DNA of 64,000 nt from an uncultured Clostridia bacterium (GTDB taxonomy: Bacteria; Bacillota; Clostridia; Christensenellales; CAG-138), in the NCBI GenBank assembly GCA_934633985.1, contig CAKTYU010000001.1, forward strand, positions 158,305-222,304. The letters run 5' to 3'. A program made the position numbers and the translations under genes. Positions within the stretch are counted from its first letter, which is position 1. Each line of letters starts with the position of its first letter. A model generated the notes under the pieces. That model saw only the letters and a program-made list of their open reading frames with translations. It was not told the origin of the DNA and made no database searches. This document shows positions 29,955 to 37,983 of this stretch, piece by piece.

Positions 29955-30785
29955 TTATCCTCTCATTATGGAAGCCTTGGCCTTCTCGCACAGGGCGGAG
30001 TCGCCGGAGGCATAGTGATATACAACGTTGTTTTCCATGAAGTCAACGCCCTTGCCCTTTACGGTGTTTGCCAGTATCAGGGTGGGCCTGCCCTCGGCCT
30101 TCCATGCGGCGGACAGCGCGCTGTCCAGCTCGTCGAGGTCGTGGCCGTTTACCTCGATAACGCTCCAGCCAAAGGCGCGCCACTTGTCCGCAAAGGGCTC
30201 AAGGGCCATTACGTCCTCCGTGCGGCCGTCTATCATCAGCCTGTTGCGGTCCACTATGCCTATGACGTTGTCCAGCTTGAAGTGGGCGGCGCTCATCGCG
30301 GCCTCCCATACGCTGCCCTCGCAGCATTCGCCGTCGCCCATGAGGCATACCGTTTTCCATGGCTTTTTAAGCTGCCTTGCGCCTAGGCCGAGGCCTACCG
30401 CCATGCTGAGGCCGTGTCCGAGGCTGCCGGCGGAGGCGTCGCAGCCTATGACCTTGTTGCAGTCCGGGTGCATGGCGAAGGGGCTGCCGAAGTGGTTGAA
30501 GGACTTGAGCAGCTCCTCGTCAAAATAGCCGCGCTTGGCAAGTACGGGTATATATCCCGCCGCGGTGTGGCCTTTGGAAAGTATGAACCTGTCCCTGTCC
30601 TCCCACTTGGGGTTCTTAGGGTCGATGTTGAGATACTTGAAGTAGAGCAGGGTAAGTATCTCTACAATGCTGAGAGAGCCTCCCACGTGAGCGCCGCCGG
30701 ATCATGCCATAACATCTATGATGGTAAGGCGCAGCTCTCTGGCGATCTGCTCAAAACGCTTTTTTTCCTCTGCCTGAAGTGCCAT
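29955..30785 (-). pseudogene. transketolase N-terminal (TPP-binding) subunit interrupted by one in-frame TGA (30702-30704); nonsense allele, assembly error or read-through
   Basis: AAGGAGG (30796-30802), ATG at 30785, 27 codons (MALQAEEKKRFEQIARELRLTIIDVMA), TGA, then the same frame continues SGGAHVGGSLSIVEIL... to TAA. The total of 276 codons equals the normal subunit length. Confidence 0.75.
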
Positions 30786-30993
30786 TACGGTAATTCCTCC
30801 TTTTATATTTGGTTTTTTGTGTGTTTTATTGAAGCGCGTACAGCGCCCGTCATGCTTATTCGGAATGTTGGGTAGGATATGTGCCCGCGCATGAGGGGCA
30901 AGATTGTAAAAATAAAAAGTGGGTAGTTCTACTATCTATGAGTATAAACTGTCCACTTTTGTTTTGCAAGCACTATTTGTATTATTTTTGCCG

Positions 30994-32661
30994 CTATTTG
31001 GCTGCCCGAAGGGCGTCTATGAGCTTGCGGAAGTCGCTCTCCGTCCATATAACGGGTGTGGGGTAGAGGGGATTGCCCTCCTTCATGGCCCACCTTATCA
31101 TCTGCGGGATATCCTGCTCCTTTATCATATCGAGGCCGGCAGGCAGGCCCATCCTCCTGTTCATATCCTCGATCCAGGAAATGAAGCCGTTGGCCTTCTC
31201 GGCGCTGTCTGCGCCCTTTATGCCGCAGACGTCTGCAAGCTCGGCAAGGCGGGGGTAAGCCGCGGGGCCGTACTGGCGCATAACGTGGGGGAGTATAACG
31301 GCCATTGCGAGCCCGTGGGCGATGTTATACAGGCCGGATACGGTGTGGCCCACGGCGTGAACGTATCCCACACAGCCCCGGGTGAAGGCGCGGCCCGCAA
31401 AGAAGGCGGCCTTCTGCATGTTCTGACGCGCCTCTATATTCGCGCCGTCATTATAGGCATTGAGCAGGTTGTCGTAAATTAGCTTTACGGCCTGCTTGGC
31501 GAGGTGGTTTTCCAGCTTTGTATTGTAGGTGTGATTGGTGTAAGCTTCGACAGCGTGGCTCAGGGCGTCCATACCGGTGCAGGCGGTGGTGAAAGGAGGC
31601 AGGCCCACGGTAAGCTCGGGATCCAGCACTGCGTATCGTGGTATGAGGTGAGTATCCATGATAGCCGCCTTGTGGTGGGTGGCTGTGTCTGTTATGACGG
31701 CCGCCACGGTGGTCTCGGAGCCTGAGCCCGCGGTGGTGGGCACGGCATAGAAGGGGGGGATCCTTTTAAACACCTTGAGCATGCCCTGAAGCTGGGCTAC
31801 CGACCTGTTGGGCCGGGCTATGCGGGAGCCTATGCCCTTGGCGCAGTCCATGGGGGAGCCGCCGCCGAAGGCTATTATGGCCTGGCAGTTCTTTTCGTGG
31901 TATAGCTTTACGCCCTCCTCCACCATGTCGCTGGTGGGGTTCGCCCCTATATTGTTGAATACGGTATAGCTTATGCCCGCCTCGTCCAGCGCCTCCATGA
32001 GGCCGCGGTTGAGGCCGCGCTTGGTTATGTTGGGCCCGGTCACCAGAAGTATGTTGTTGACATTATCCTTTTTGAGCAGCTCAGGCATGCGCTTTATGCA
32101 GCCCGGCCCTTCGATATAGTCTGGCATACGGTAGCCCATGCAATAGTTGCCCACCTTCAGCACTGCTTGAAATAACCGGCAGTACGCTTTATAAATCCAC
32201 ATATTCTTCCCTCCGCTGTATTCTCTGAACGAGCTGGGTTCACCGCCCGTTTTCATGGTTATCGCCCCTATGGGGCAGCGCCTTTCGCAAAGGCCGCAGC
32301 CTATGCAGTCCTCAGGATGCTTTAATTCCGCCACGGTGTGTATATCCCCTCGGAAGGCAGGGCCGCCGATCTCGAGGCAGCCCTTGGGGCAGGCCTCGAC
32401 GCAAAGGGAGCAGCCGGCGCAGGCGGCTGTATTTACGGCGGGATGCAGCCAGTCCTTGCGGTCTGTTCGTACAGCCCTATTGCCGTCCTCGTCGAGTATC
32501 GCCCCTCTGGGGCAGAGCCTTCCGCACAGCCCGCAGCCTATGCACCTGTCCGGGTCGATCTCGTGCTTTGCGCGGAGCTCACCCGATATGGCGTTGACGG
32601 GGCATTGCCTTGCACAAAGCGTGCAGCCTATGCAGCCGTCTGTTATGGTATAGCTTCTCAT
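30994..32661 (-). CDS. fusion protein: N-terminal 4x[4Fe-4S] polyferredoxin plus C-terminal iron-containing (group III) alcohol dehydrogenase
   Basis: Four CxxCxxCxxxCP motifs in residues 1-140, then a Fe-ADH core (GGGSPMDCAKG, VPTTAGSGSE, His-rich metal site). AAGGAGG SD. Confidence 0.85.
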   Translation of the reverse strand: MRSYTITDGCIGCTLCARQCPVNAISGELRAKHEIDPDRCIGCGLCGRLCPRGAILDEDGNRAVRTDRKDWLHPAVNTAACAGCSLCVEACPKGCLEIGGPAFRGDIHTVAELKHPEDCIGCGLCERRCPIGAITMKTGGEPSSFREYSGGKNMWIYKAYCRLFQAVLKVGNYCMGYRMPDYIEGPGCIKRMPELLKKDNVNNILLVTGPNITKRGLNRGLMEALDEAGISYTVFNNIGANPTSDMVEEGVKLYHEKNCQAIIAFGGGSPMDCAKGIGSRIARPNRSVAQLQGMLKVFKRIPPFYAVPTTAGSGSETTVAAVITDTATHHKAAIMDTHLIPRYAVLDPELTVGLPPFTTACTGMDALSHAVEAYTNHTYNTKLENHLAKQAVKLIYDNLLNAYNDGANIEARQNMQKAAFFAGRAFTRGCVGYVHAVGHTVSGLYNIAHGLAMAVILPHVMRQYGPAAYPRLAELADVCGIKGADSAEKANGFISWIEDMNRRMGLPAGLDMIKEQDIPQMIRWAMKEGNPLYPTPVIWTESDFRKLIDALRAAK

Positions 32662-32671
32662 ATAGGCCTCC

Positions 32672-32926
32672 TTATCCGCCGCATACGGGGGACATGAGCA
32701 TAACTTCGTCGCCGGGGACGAGCCTGCTGCTCTTTTTGCCCTGTACGCCGTTTATCATCACTATGCAGCCGTCGATATCCTTGGCGGTGATGGAGGTACC
32801 GGGCTTGGCGGAGCGGGCCGCCGCAAGTATCAGCGGGTAAAGCTCCTTTACGCTGCCAGCCTCCAGCTCCAGTTCCTTCAGGCCGGTATCCAGCCGCAGC
32901 AGCCCGAATAGCTTGACCTTTATCAT
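32672..32926 (-). CDS. MoaD/ThiS-family ubiquitin-like sulfur-carrier protein
   Basis: 84 aa ending ...SPVCGG (C-terminal Gly-Gly). Its start overlaps the aor stop (ATGA). Confidence 0.8.
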   Translation of the reverse strand: MIKVKLFGLLRLDTGLKELELEAGSVKELYPLILAAARSAKPGTSITAKDIDGCIVMINGVQGKKSSRLVPGDEVMLMSPVCGG

Positions 32927-34863
32927 ATCATAGCGCCTCCCCGGTTTATTTTCAGCCTTTTAAGCGTCCTGCCGGTGGGTATGCCGTTCTTGTCCCAGCC
33001 CCGGGCCTGATAGTATATCTTCTTCATTTGCTCTAACGGCACCCTCGTGCGGGGGTCGTTGGGGTCCTGTGGCACGTCGGTAAGCCGCTTGGGCAGGCTG
33101 TCCTTTGCGGCGCTCACCCCGAAGCGGACGTTCACGGCCCTTTCGAGGTTAAAGCCCCGCTCTCCCGTCATAAGGTATTTACCGAAGGTCATGGGCATGC
33201 CCACCGCCTTCTGCATCATTTTGGTATGGTGGAACACCGGCAGGTGGAAAGCGAGGGCCTGCGGGAATTTGTTCATCAATCGTATTGCCCAGCCGAGATG
33301 GGGCAGCAGCTTGTTTGCCGCCGAGGTGATCGCTCCGTTGGGGCGGGTCAATAGAAAGCCGGGGAAGAAGGCGTATGAGGTGAAGAGGCACTGCCCTGTC
33401 GCCGAGATCATCTCCATAAGGTCCTGGAACATCATGGTGAAGTCCGCCTTGGAGTGGGGGGTCTGGGCGTCTATGTTAAGCCCTAACCCCTCGAGTATGA
33501 CGAGATACCCGCCGTTGAGATGGCAGCCGCCCCGGTTGGATACGGCGTATCCCAAGCCCTGCCCCACGGCCCTGCGCGGCTCGTAAGCGGCGAGCTCAAG
33601 GCCCTTTGACTGCATGGCGAACTCCTTGCCGCCGTATTTTTCGCTCAGGCGCTTGCTGCCCTCGGCAAGCTCGTCGCCTATGCCCCGGCGGAAGGCTATA
33701 TCCTCCCATATTTTCGATATGCACTCTACATCGCCGAACCTAAGGCCGTTGTCCCACAGCCCCCGCTCGTTCGCCTCCATTGCGTAGGCGAGGGTGTTCG
33801 CGGCGGATATGGTGTCGAGGCCCAGCTCATCCAGCTCCCGGTTCCATTTCAGTATGCGGTAAAGATCCTTGTTGAGTATGCCGCCGCCCAGCAGCCCGAG
33901 GGTCTCCAGCTCCGGCCCCTTTACGTCCTCGCCCTCTAAGGTAACAGTGCGGGCGCACTTTATGGGGCAGCTCAGGCAGCCCTTATTGACGATATTGTAT
34001 TCCTCCGCAAGGGTCTCGCCGTTTACGCTGTCGAAGTGCTCAAACCTGCCCTCGGAATAGTTCCTCGTCGCCAGAAGACCGCGCATCTGCATGGCGCTTA
34101 CCAGCCCCGCTGTACCCATGCGCGGGAGCTGATTGCCGGTGAGGGGGTGGCTTTTGAGGTATGCAAACCATTTTTGACACCACTTTTTCGCGGCGTCGGG
34201 GTCGTGTACTGGTATTTCACGATTGCCGCAGACCGCTATGGCCTTTACGTTTTTCCAGCCCAGCACGGCCCCCATGCCGGTGCGCCCCGCCGCCCGCTCA
34301 TCGCTTATCACGGCGGAGTAGCGGACCAGGTTTTCCCCTGCCGGGCCTATGCATAGCTTGCCGAATTTTATATCGCAGCCGCGCTTGGAGGACATCCTTT
34401 GGACAAGGAGCCCCTGACATTCGGCGACGCGCATGCCCCACAGGTCGTCGGCGTTGTGAAAGGTCACGGCGCCGTTGTCTATCTCTATCCAGGTGTGCTC
34501 CTCACGCCGGCCGGTGATCACGAGCGCGTCTATGCCGGCGCGCTTAAGGTGATAGCCGAAGGCTCCGCCGCAGTTTGAGGAGCTTATGAACCCCGTCTGC
34601 GGGGAGAGGGAGGAGATGTTGAAGCGGCTGGAGCTGGGCGCGCCGGTGCCGGTGAGCGGCCCCGTGGAGATTATCACGGGGTTTTCCTCGCTGTACGCGT
34701 CCTCCCGCCCGGTGAGGGTATCGTAAAGTATCTTCGCGGCCATGGTCTTGCCGCCAATGTAAAGCTCCCTGTCCCTGTCCGTCCACGGATAGTCCCTGAC
34801 CTCGCCGGTGCTTAGGTCTATATGCAGCACCCGCCCCATATAGCCGCCGTATTTGCTTTGCAT
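32923..34863 (-). CDS. aor: tungsten-type aldehyde:ferredoxin oxidoreductase (AOR family)
   Basis: 646 aa. MGRVLHIDLSTGEV...YIGGKTMAAKILYD N-domain and an AOR C-terminal domain pattern. Confidence 0.9.
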   Translation of the reverse strand: MQSKYGGYMGRVLHIDLSTGEVRDYPWTDRDRELYIGGKTMAAKILYDTLTGREDAYSEENPVIISTGPLTGTGAPSSSRFNISSLSPQTGFISSSNCGGAFGYHLKRAGIDALVITGRREEHTWIEIDNGAVTFHNADDLWGMRVAECQGLLVQRMSSKRGCDIKFGKLCIGPAGENLVRYSAVISDERAAGRTGMGAVLGWKNVKAIAVCGNREIPVHDPDAAKKWCQKWFAYLKSHPLTGNQLPRMGTAGLVSAMQMRGLLATRNYSEGRFEHFDSVNGETLAEEYNIVNKGCLSCPIKCARTVTLEGEDVKGPELETLGLLGGGILNKDLYRILKWNRELDELGLDTISAANTLAYAMEANERGLWDNGLRFGDVECISKIWEDIAFRRGIGDELAEGSKRLSEKYGGKEFAMQSKGLELAAYEPRRAVGQGLGYAVSNRGGCHLNGGYLVILEGLGLNIDAQTPHSKADFTMMFQDLMEMISATGQCLFTSYAFFPGFLLTRPNGAITSAANKLLPHLGWAIRLMNKFPQALAFHLPVFHHTKMMQKAVGMPMTFGKYLMTGERGFNLERAVNVRFGVSAAKDSLPKRLTDVPQDPNDPRTRVPLEQMKKIYYQARGWDKNGIPTGRTLKRLKINRGGAMI

Positions 34864-34955
34864 GGTATGCTTCCTCCACGAAATAGAATGAAACCGCGAC
34901 AGAAATATAGTTCAAATTTTTTGAATAATATAAAAAGAATTATCTCCTTTTTTTC

Positions 34956-34984
34956 AGCATAACCTTTTTCGAGCCATATTGCAA
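34956..34984 (-). promoter_or_regulatory. candidate sigma-A promoter within the aor leader
   Basis: Minus strand: TTGCAA, 17-nt spacer, TATGCT, about 90 nt upstream of the aor ATG. Confidence 0.35.
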
Positions 34985-35198
34985 TAGGAAAACCGCAGGG
35001 AAGGGATTTTTAACGAAATAAGCAAATTTGACGGGCATACAGCGGAAAGTGAGGAGAGCCGCTTTCCGCTATTGGTATATATTATGCTATCGGATTTTGA
35101 AATAATGATATGCGGATGCTGCAAAAAAGACGGTATGGGACAGGGTATGTATTGCCTGAGGAGCGCCGCGGCCGTATAATAAAAATGCGTCAGGAGCC

Positions 35199-35870
35199 CT
35201 AAAGGTCTATAACGCTGAACTCCATCGAGCGGAGGTCGTACATATAGAGCCTGCCGGCGGGAAGCTGCCTTCCCGTGAGGAGCCCTGCCGCCGCAGCGCA
35301 TTGCAGCGCCGCGCAAAACGGCGGCACAAAGGGCAGCACGCCGCCGCTTATTATAGTTGCGTTTGAATATATCCTTTTCAGCAGGCCGCTGCCTGGCAGG
35401 GACACGCCGTACTGGCAGCACCAGCCGCACACCGCGCCGTGTACGAGGGGTATGCCCGCCTTGGCGCAGGCTTCCTCCAAAAGCAGCCGCGATGATATGC
35501 TGTCCAAGGCGTCTATGGCGATATCGTGGCCCGCCACGGTATCCGCGGCGTTTTCCGTGGTGAGGTATTCTTTCAGGGCCGTGAACTTTACGGAGGGGTT
35601 TACCAGCGCTGCCCGCTCCGCCGCGGCCTCCGCCTTGCTCCTGCCTATGGTGGATTCCGTAGCAAGGAGCTGGCGGTTAAGGTTGCTCTCCTCGAAGCTG
35701 TCGCCGTCAACGGCGGTGATGTTCCCTATGCCGAGCCGGAGCAGGTTTTCGGTTATATATCCGCCGAGGCCGCCGCAGCCCGCCACCAGCACGCGCTTTT
35801 TATGCAGAAGCTCCTGCTCCTGACGGGACAGGGCGGGAAGGTTATTCAAATACCGCTGGTGCATATCCAT
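35199..35870 (-). CDS. ThiF/MoeB/HesA-family E1-like adenylyltransferase
   Basis: VLVAGCGGLGG nucleotide loop and DSFEESNLNRQ motif. ATG at 35870 lies 7 nt after AAGGGGG. Confidence 0.8.
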   Translation of the reverse strand: MDMHQRYLNNLPALSRQEQELLHKKRVLVAGCGGLGGYITENLLRLGIGNITAVDGDSFEESNLNRQLLATESTIGRSKAEAAAERAALVNPSVKFTALKEYLTTENAADTVAGHDIAIDALDSISSRLLLEEACAKAGIPLVHGAVCGWCCQYGVSLPGSGLLKRIYSNATIISGGVLPFVPPFCAALQCAAAAGLLTGRQLPAGRLYMYDLRSMEFSVIDL

Positions 35871-35963
35871 ATCCGGGCCCCCTTGCACTGTGATTTCGTA
35901 TATCATAATGGTATAACTATTTTAAGATAAATACAATAAATACGACCGGGAGAAATAAATCAA

Positions 35964-37154
35964 ATGCTGACCGTAAAGACGCCGGAGGAGGCCCTTGAAG
36001 CTATAAGCGCCAGCTTCCGCTGCATAGCTGGAGAGGAAAATGTGCCGCTGGAGCAGGGGCTGCGGCGGGTGCTGTGCAAGGATATATGTGCGTCCGAGTA
36101 TGTACCGGGCTTTGACCGCTCGACCGTGGACGGATACGCGGTGCGGGCGGCGGATACCTTCGGCTGCACCGACGCCATACCTGCAATACTGAAAAAGCAG
36201 GCGGGCATAGAGATGGGCAGAGGGGCCGAGCCGCTCAGCGCTGGCTGCTGCGCGCCAATACCCACCGGCGGCGCGCTGCCCATGGGCGCGGACGCGGCGG
36301 TGATGCAGGAATTTGCAGAGGATTACGGCGACGGCACGGTGGGGATAACCAGGCCCGTCGCGCCGGGCATGAACGTAATATACAAGGGCGACGACGTATA
36401 TCCGGGAAAGCCGGTGCTTAAAAAGGGCAGCGTGCTTTCGGCGCGCCATATAGGGGCGCTTGCCGCCATGGGTATATGCGAGGCGCCGGTATACGAGAGG
36501 CTGCGCATCGGAATAATCTCCACCGGCGACGAGCTGGTGGAGGTGGAAAAAACGCCGGCAGAGGGGCAGATACGGGACGTGAACACAGCCATGCTGTGTG
36601 CGCTCTGCGCGGAAATGGGCTGCGATACGGTAAAATACGGCATAGTTAGGGACGACGAGAAGCTGATAGGTGATATGCTGGACAGGGCCTTGGGCGAGTG
36701 CCATGCGGTGCTTATGTCCGGCGGCAGCTCCGTGGGGGAAAAGGACGCGGCCTGCCGGATAATGGCGGCGAGGGGGGATATACTCTTCCACGGCGTCGCC
36801 ATGAAGCCGGGCAAGCCCACCATACTTTGCAGGTGCGGCGAAAAGCCGGTGATAGGGCTGCCGGGGCATCCCGGGGCGGCGTTTCTGGTATCACGGCTGC
36901 TGCTGCCGCGGCTGCTTTGCAGCATAGGCGGAAGGGAGGCCGCACAGTATCCCGTATCCGCAAGGCTTAAGGAGCCGGTTGCTGCGAACCACGGCAGGGC
37001 CCAGTATACCGCGGTAAAGCTCACGGAGGACGGCGAGGGCATAGCGTTGTTCACTCACCTTTCAATGGACATTTTTTTGAGAAATCTTAGCCACAGGAGA
37101 AAATATATTTTTACTGCGGAAGCGAGAGGAACAACGGCGGCGCAAGCCGTATAA
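35964..37154 (+). CDS. moeA: molybdopterin molybdenum/tungsten-transferase MoeA, 3'-terminally chimeric (domain IV replaced from about 37040)
   Basis: MoeA domains I-III are clear (STVDGYAV, PIPTGGALP, ISTGDEL, SGGSSVGEKD, MKPGKP). After ...AVKLTEDGEGIA the last 38 aa (LFTHLSMDIFLRNLSHRRKYIF...) are AT-rich and unlike MoeA. Confidence 0.75.
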   Translation: MLTVKTPEEALEAISASFRCIAGEENVPLEQGLRRVLCKDICASEYVPGFDRSTVDGYAVRAADTFGCTDAIPAILKKQAGIEMGRGAEPLSAGCCAPIPTGGALPMGADAAVMQEFAEDYGDGTVGITRPVAPGMNVIYKGDDVYPGKPVLKKGSVLSARHIGALAAMGICEAPVYERLRIGIISTGDELVEVEKTPAEGQIRDVNTAMLCALCAEMGCDTVKYGIVRDDEKLIGDMLDRALGECHAVLMSGGSSVGEKDAACRIMAARGDILFHGVAMKPGKPTILCRCGEKPVIGLPGHPGAAFLVSRLLLPRLLCSIGGREAAQYPVSARLKEPVAANHGRAQYTAVKLTEDGEGIALFTHLSMDIFLRNLSHRRKYIFTAEARGTTAAQAV

Positions 37155-37282
37155 GCAGGGTTTGGGGAAGGCACTCCCCAACAAGATTCCGATGGGACAG
37201 AATGAGCGGACAGCGAATTATGGCACCTCGGTAGAATCTTGCTCTACGAAAACCGTTGCGGCGGCTCATTCTGCCCACCTCT

Positions 37283-37362
37283 CACTACTACTACGGTAGC
37301 GGGTGGCGGTTTGGGCAAGCTGCGTTGTTTTTCTTCTGCCACTACTACGGCAGTGGGTAGCG
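37283..37362 (+). repeat. two copies of a 22-nt direct repeat, ACTACTACGG(T/C)AG(C/T)GGGT(G/A)GCG
   Basis: Copies at 37287-37308 and 37341-37362, 19 of 22 identical. Degenerate ACTAC-containing echoes at about 37413-37431 and 37477-37494. Confidence 0.6.
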
Positions 37363-37541
37363 TTTCTTCCAAACTGCCCCCCGAAAAAATATCTGCGGGC
37401 AGACTTCCCCGGTTACTACCTACAACACCGCAAGGGGCAGTTTTGCCAACGGTCACGGAATAAAAATATTTCCCTATCTACTACCCACACCACATAAAAA
37501 ACGAAAACGAGCAAACATAGCGGCAAAGCAGCAAAAGAAAA

Positions 37542-37570
37542 ACGGGCAAGGGCGAAGCCTTGTCCGTTTA
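37542..37570. terminator. 10-bp hairpin closing the non-coding block
   Basis: ACGGGCAAGG-gcgaag-CCTTGTCCGT. Followed by TTTA on the plus strand. Preceded by an A-run, which reads as a T-run on the minus strand. One G-U pair exists only in the plus sense. Confidence 0.45.
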
Positions 37571-37599
37571 TGAACGCTGTGTAACATTTTCAATTCCTA

Positions 37600-37628
37600 T
37601 TGACAACTATTACGGTTAGTGATATACT
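37600..37628 (+). promoter_or_regulatory. sigma-A promoter of the padR operon
   Basis: TTGACA, 17-nt spacer, TATACT. The tracker's TTG start at 37600 is the -35 box itself. Confidence 0.65.
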
Positions 37629-37659
37629 TATTACAGTAACCATAATAGGAGGTACTGCC

Positions 37660-37983
37660 GTGAGAGATAATGCGAAAGGCGGTGCGCTGACAGAGGTAAC
37701 TTTTTACATTTTGCTTTCACTCTATGAGCCGAAACACGGATATGCCGTTATGCAATTTATTGAAGAAAAAACGAATGGACGGCTGTCGTTGGGGGCAGGC
37801 ACTTTATATGGTGCATTAAACTCTCTGCAAGACAAGGAATGGATAGAGCCTTGCGGAGATAGCGAGGGCAGAAAAAAAGAGTATGTTATCACAGCGCATG
37901 GAAAACAAATTGCAGAAAAAGAGCTGCACAGACTGAATGAACTTTTACAAGTGGCAAATGAAATAGTCGGAGGTATCATATGA
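37660..37983 (+). CDS. PadR-family transcriptional regulator
   Basis: GTG at 37660 lies 7 nt after AGGAGG. FYILLSLYEPKHGYAVMQFIEE...GTLYGALNSLQDKEWIE winged-helix pattern. Confidence 0.85.
   Translation: MRDNAKGGALTEVTFYILLSLYEPKHGYAVMQFIEEKTNGRLSLGAGTLYGALNSLQDKEWIEPCGDSEGRKKEYVITAHGKQIAEKELHRLNELLQVANEIVGGII

Noticed and set aside
30686-30704. Selenocysteine insertion or a TGA-sense genetic code at the transketolase TGA.
   Set aside because: Only a weak 5-bp GGGAG/CUCUC stem follows, not a SECIS-like hairpin at the right distance. Transketolases are not known selenoproteins. TGA terminates at least three well-defined genes in this window, which excludes codes 4 and 25.
37194-37276. A retron-like msr/msd, suggested by flanking inverted repeats.
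   Set aside because: No reverse-transcriptase ORF anywhere in the window. The inverted repeat encloses only ~55 nt, far shorter than msr-msd.
37296-37312. A T-box-like GGGTGG core in the structured non-coding block.
   Set aside because: The sequence after GGGTGG (CGGTTT) does not match the T-box ...GGGUGGNACCGCG consensus. No specifier-loop, AG-bay or GNUGNA elements are present, and no aminoacyl-tRNA-related gene lies downstream.
37239-37463. Thr/Cys-rich 74-aa ORF (CGGSFCPPLTTTTVAGGG...ATTTAVGS...) that could be read as a RiPP or lanthipeptide precursor.
   Set aside because: TTG start without an SD, no modification, transport or immunity genes nearby, and an equally long ORF on the opposite strand. 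The Thr runs simply reflect the ACTACTAC nucleotide repeat.
37283-37494. A possible CRISPR array or other spaced-repeat locus, because of recurring ACTACTACGG... units.
   Set aside because: Only two good copies (22 nt, 19 of 22 identical) with irregular spacing. No further regular repeats, no leader, and no cas genes in the window.
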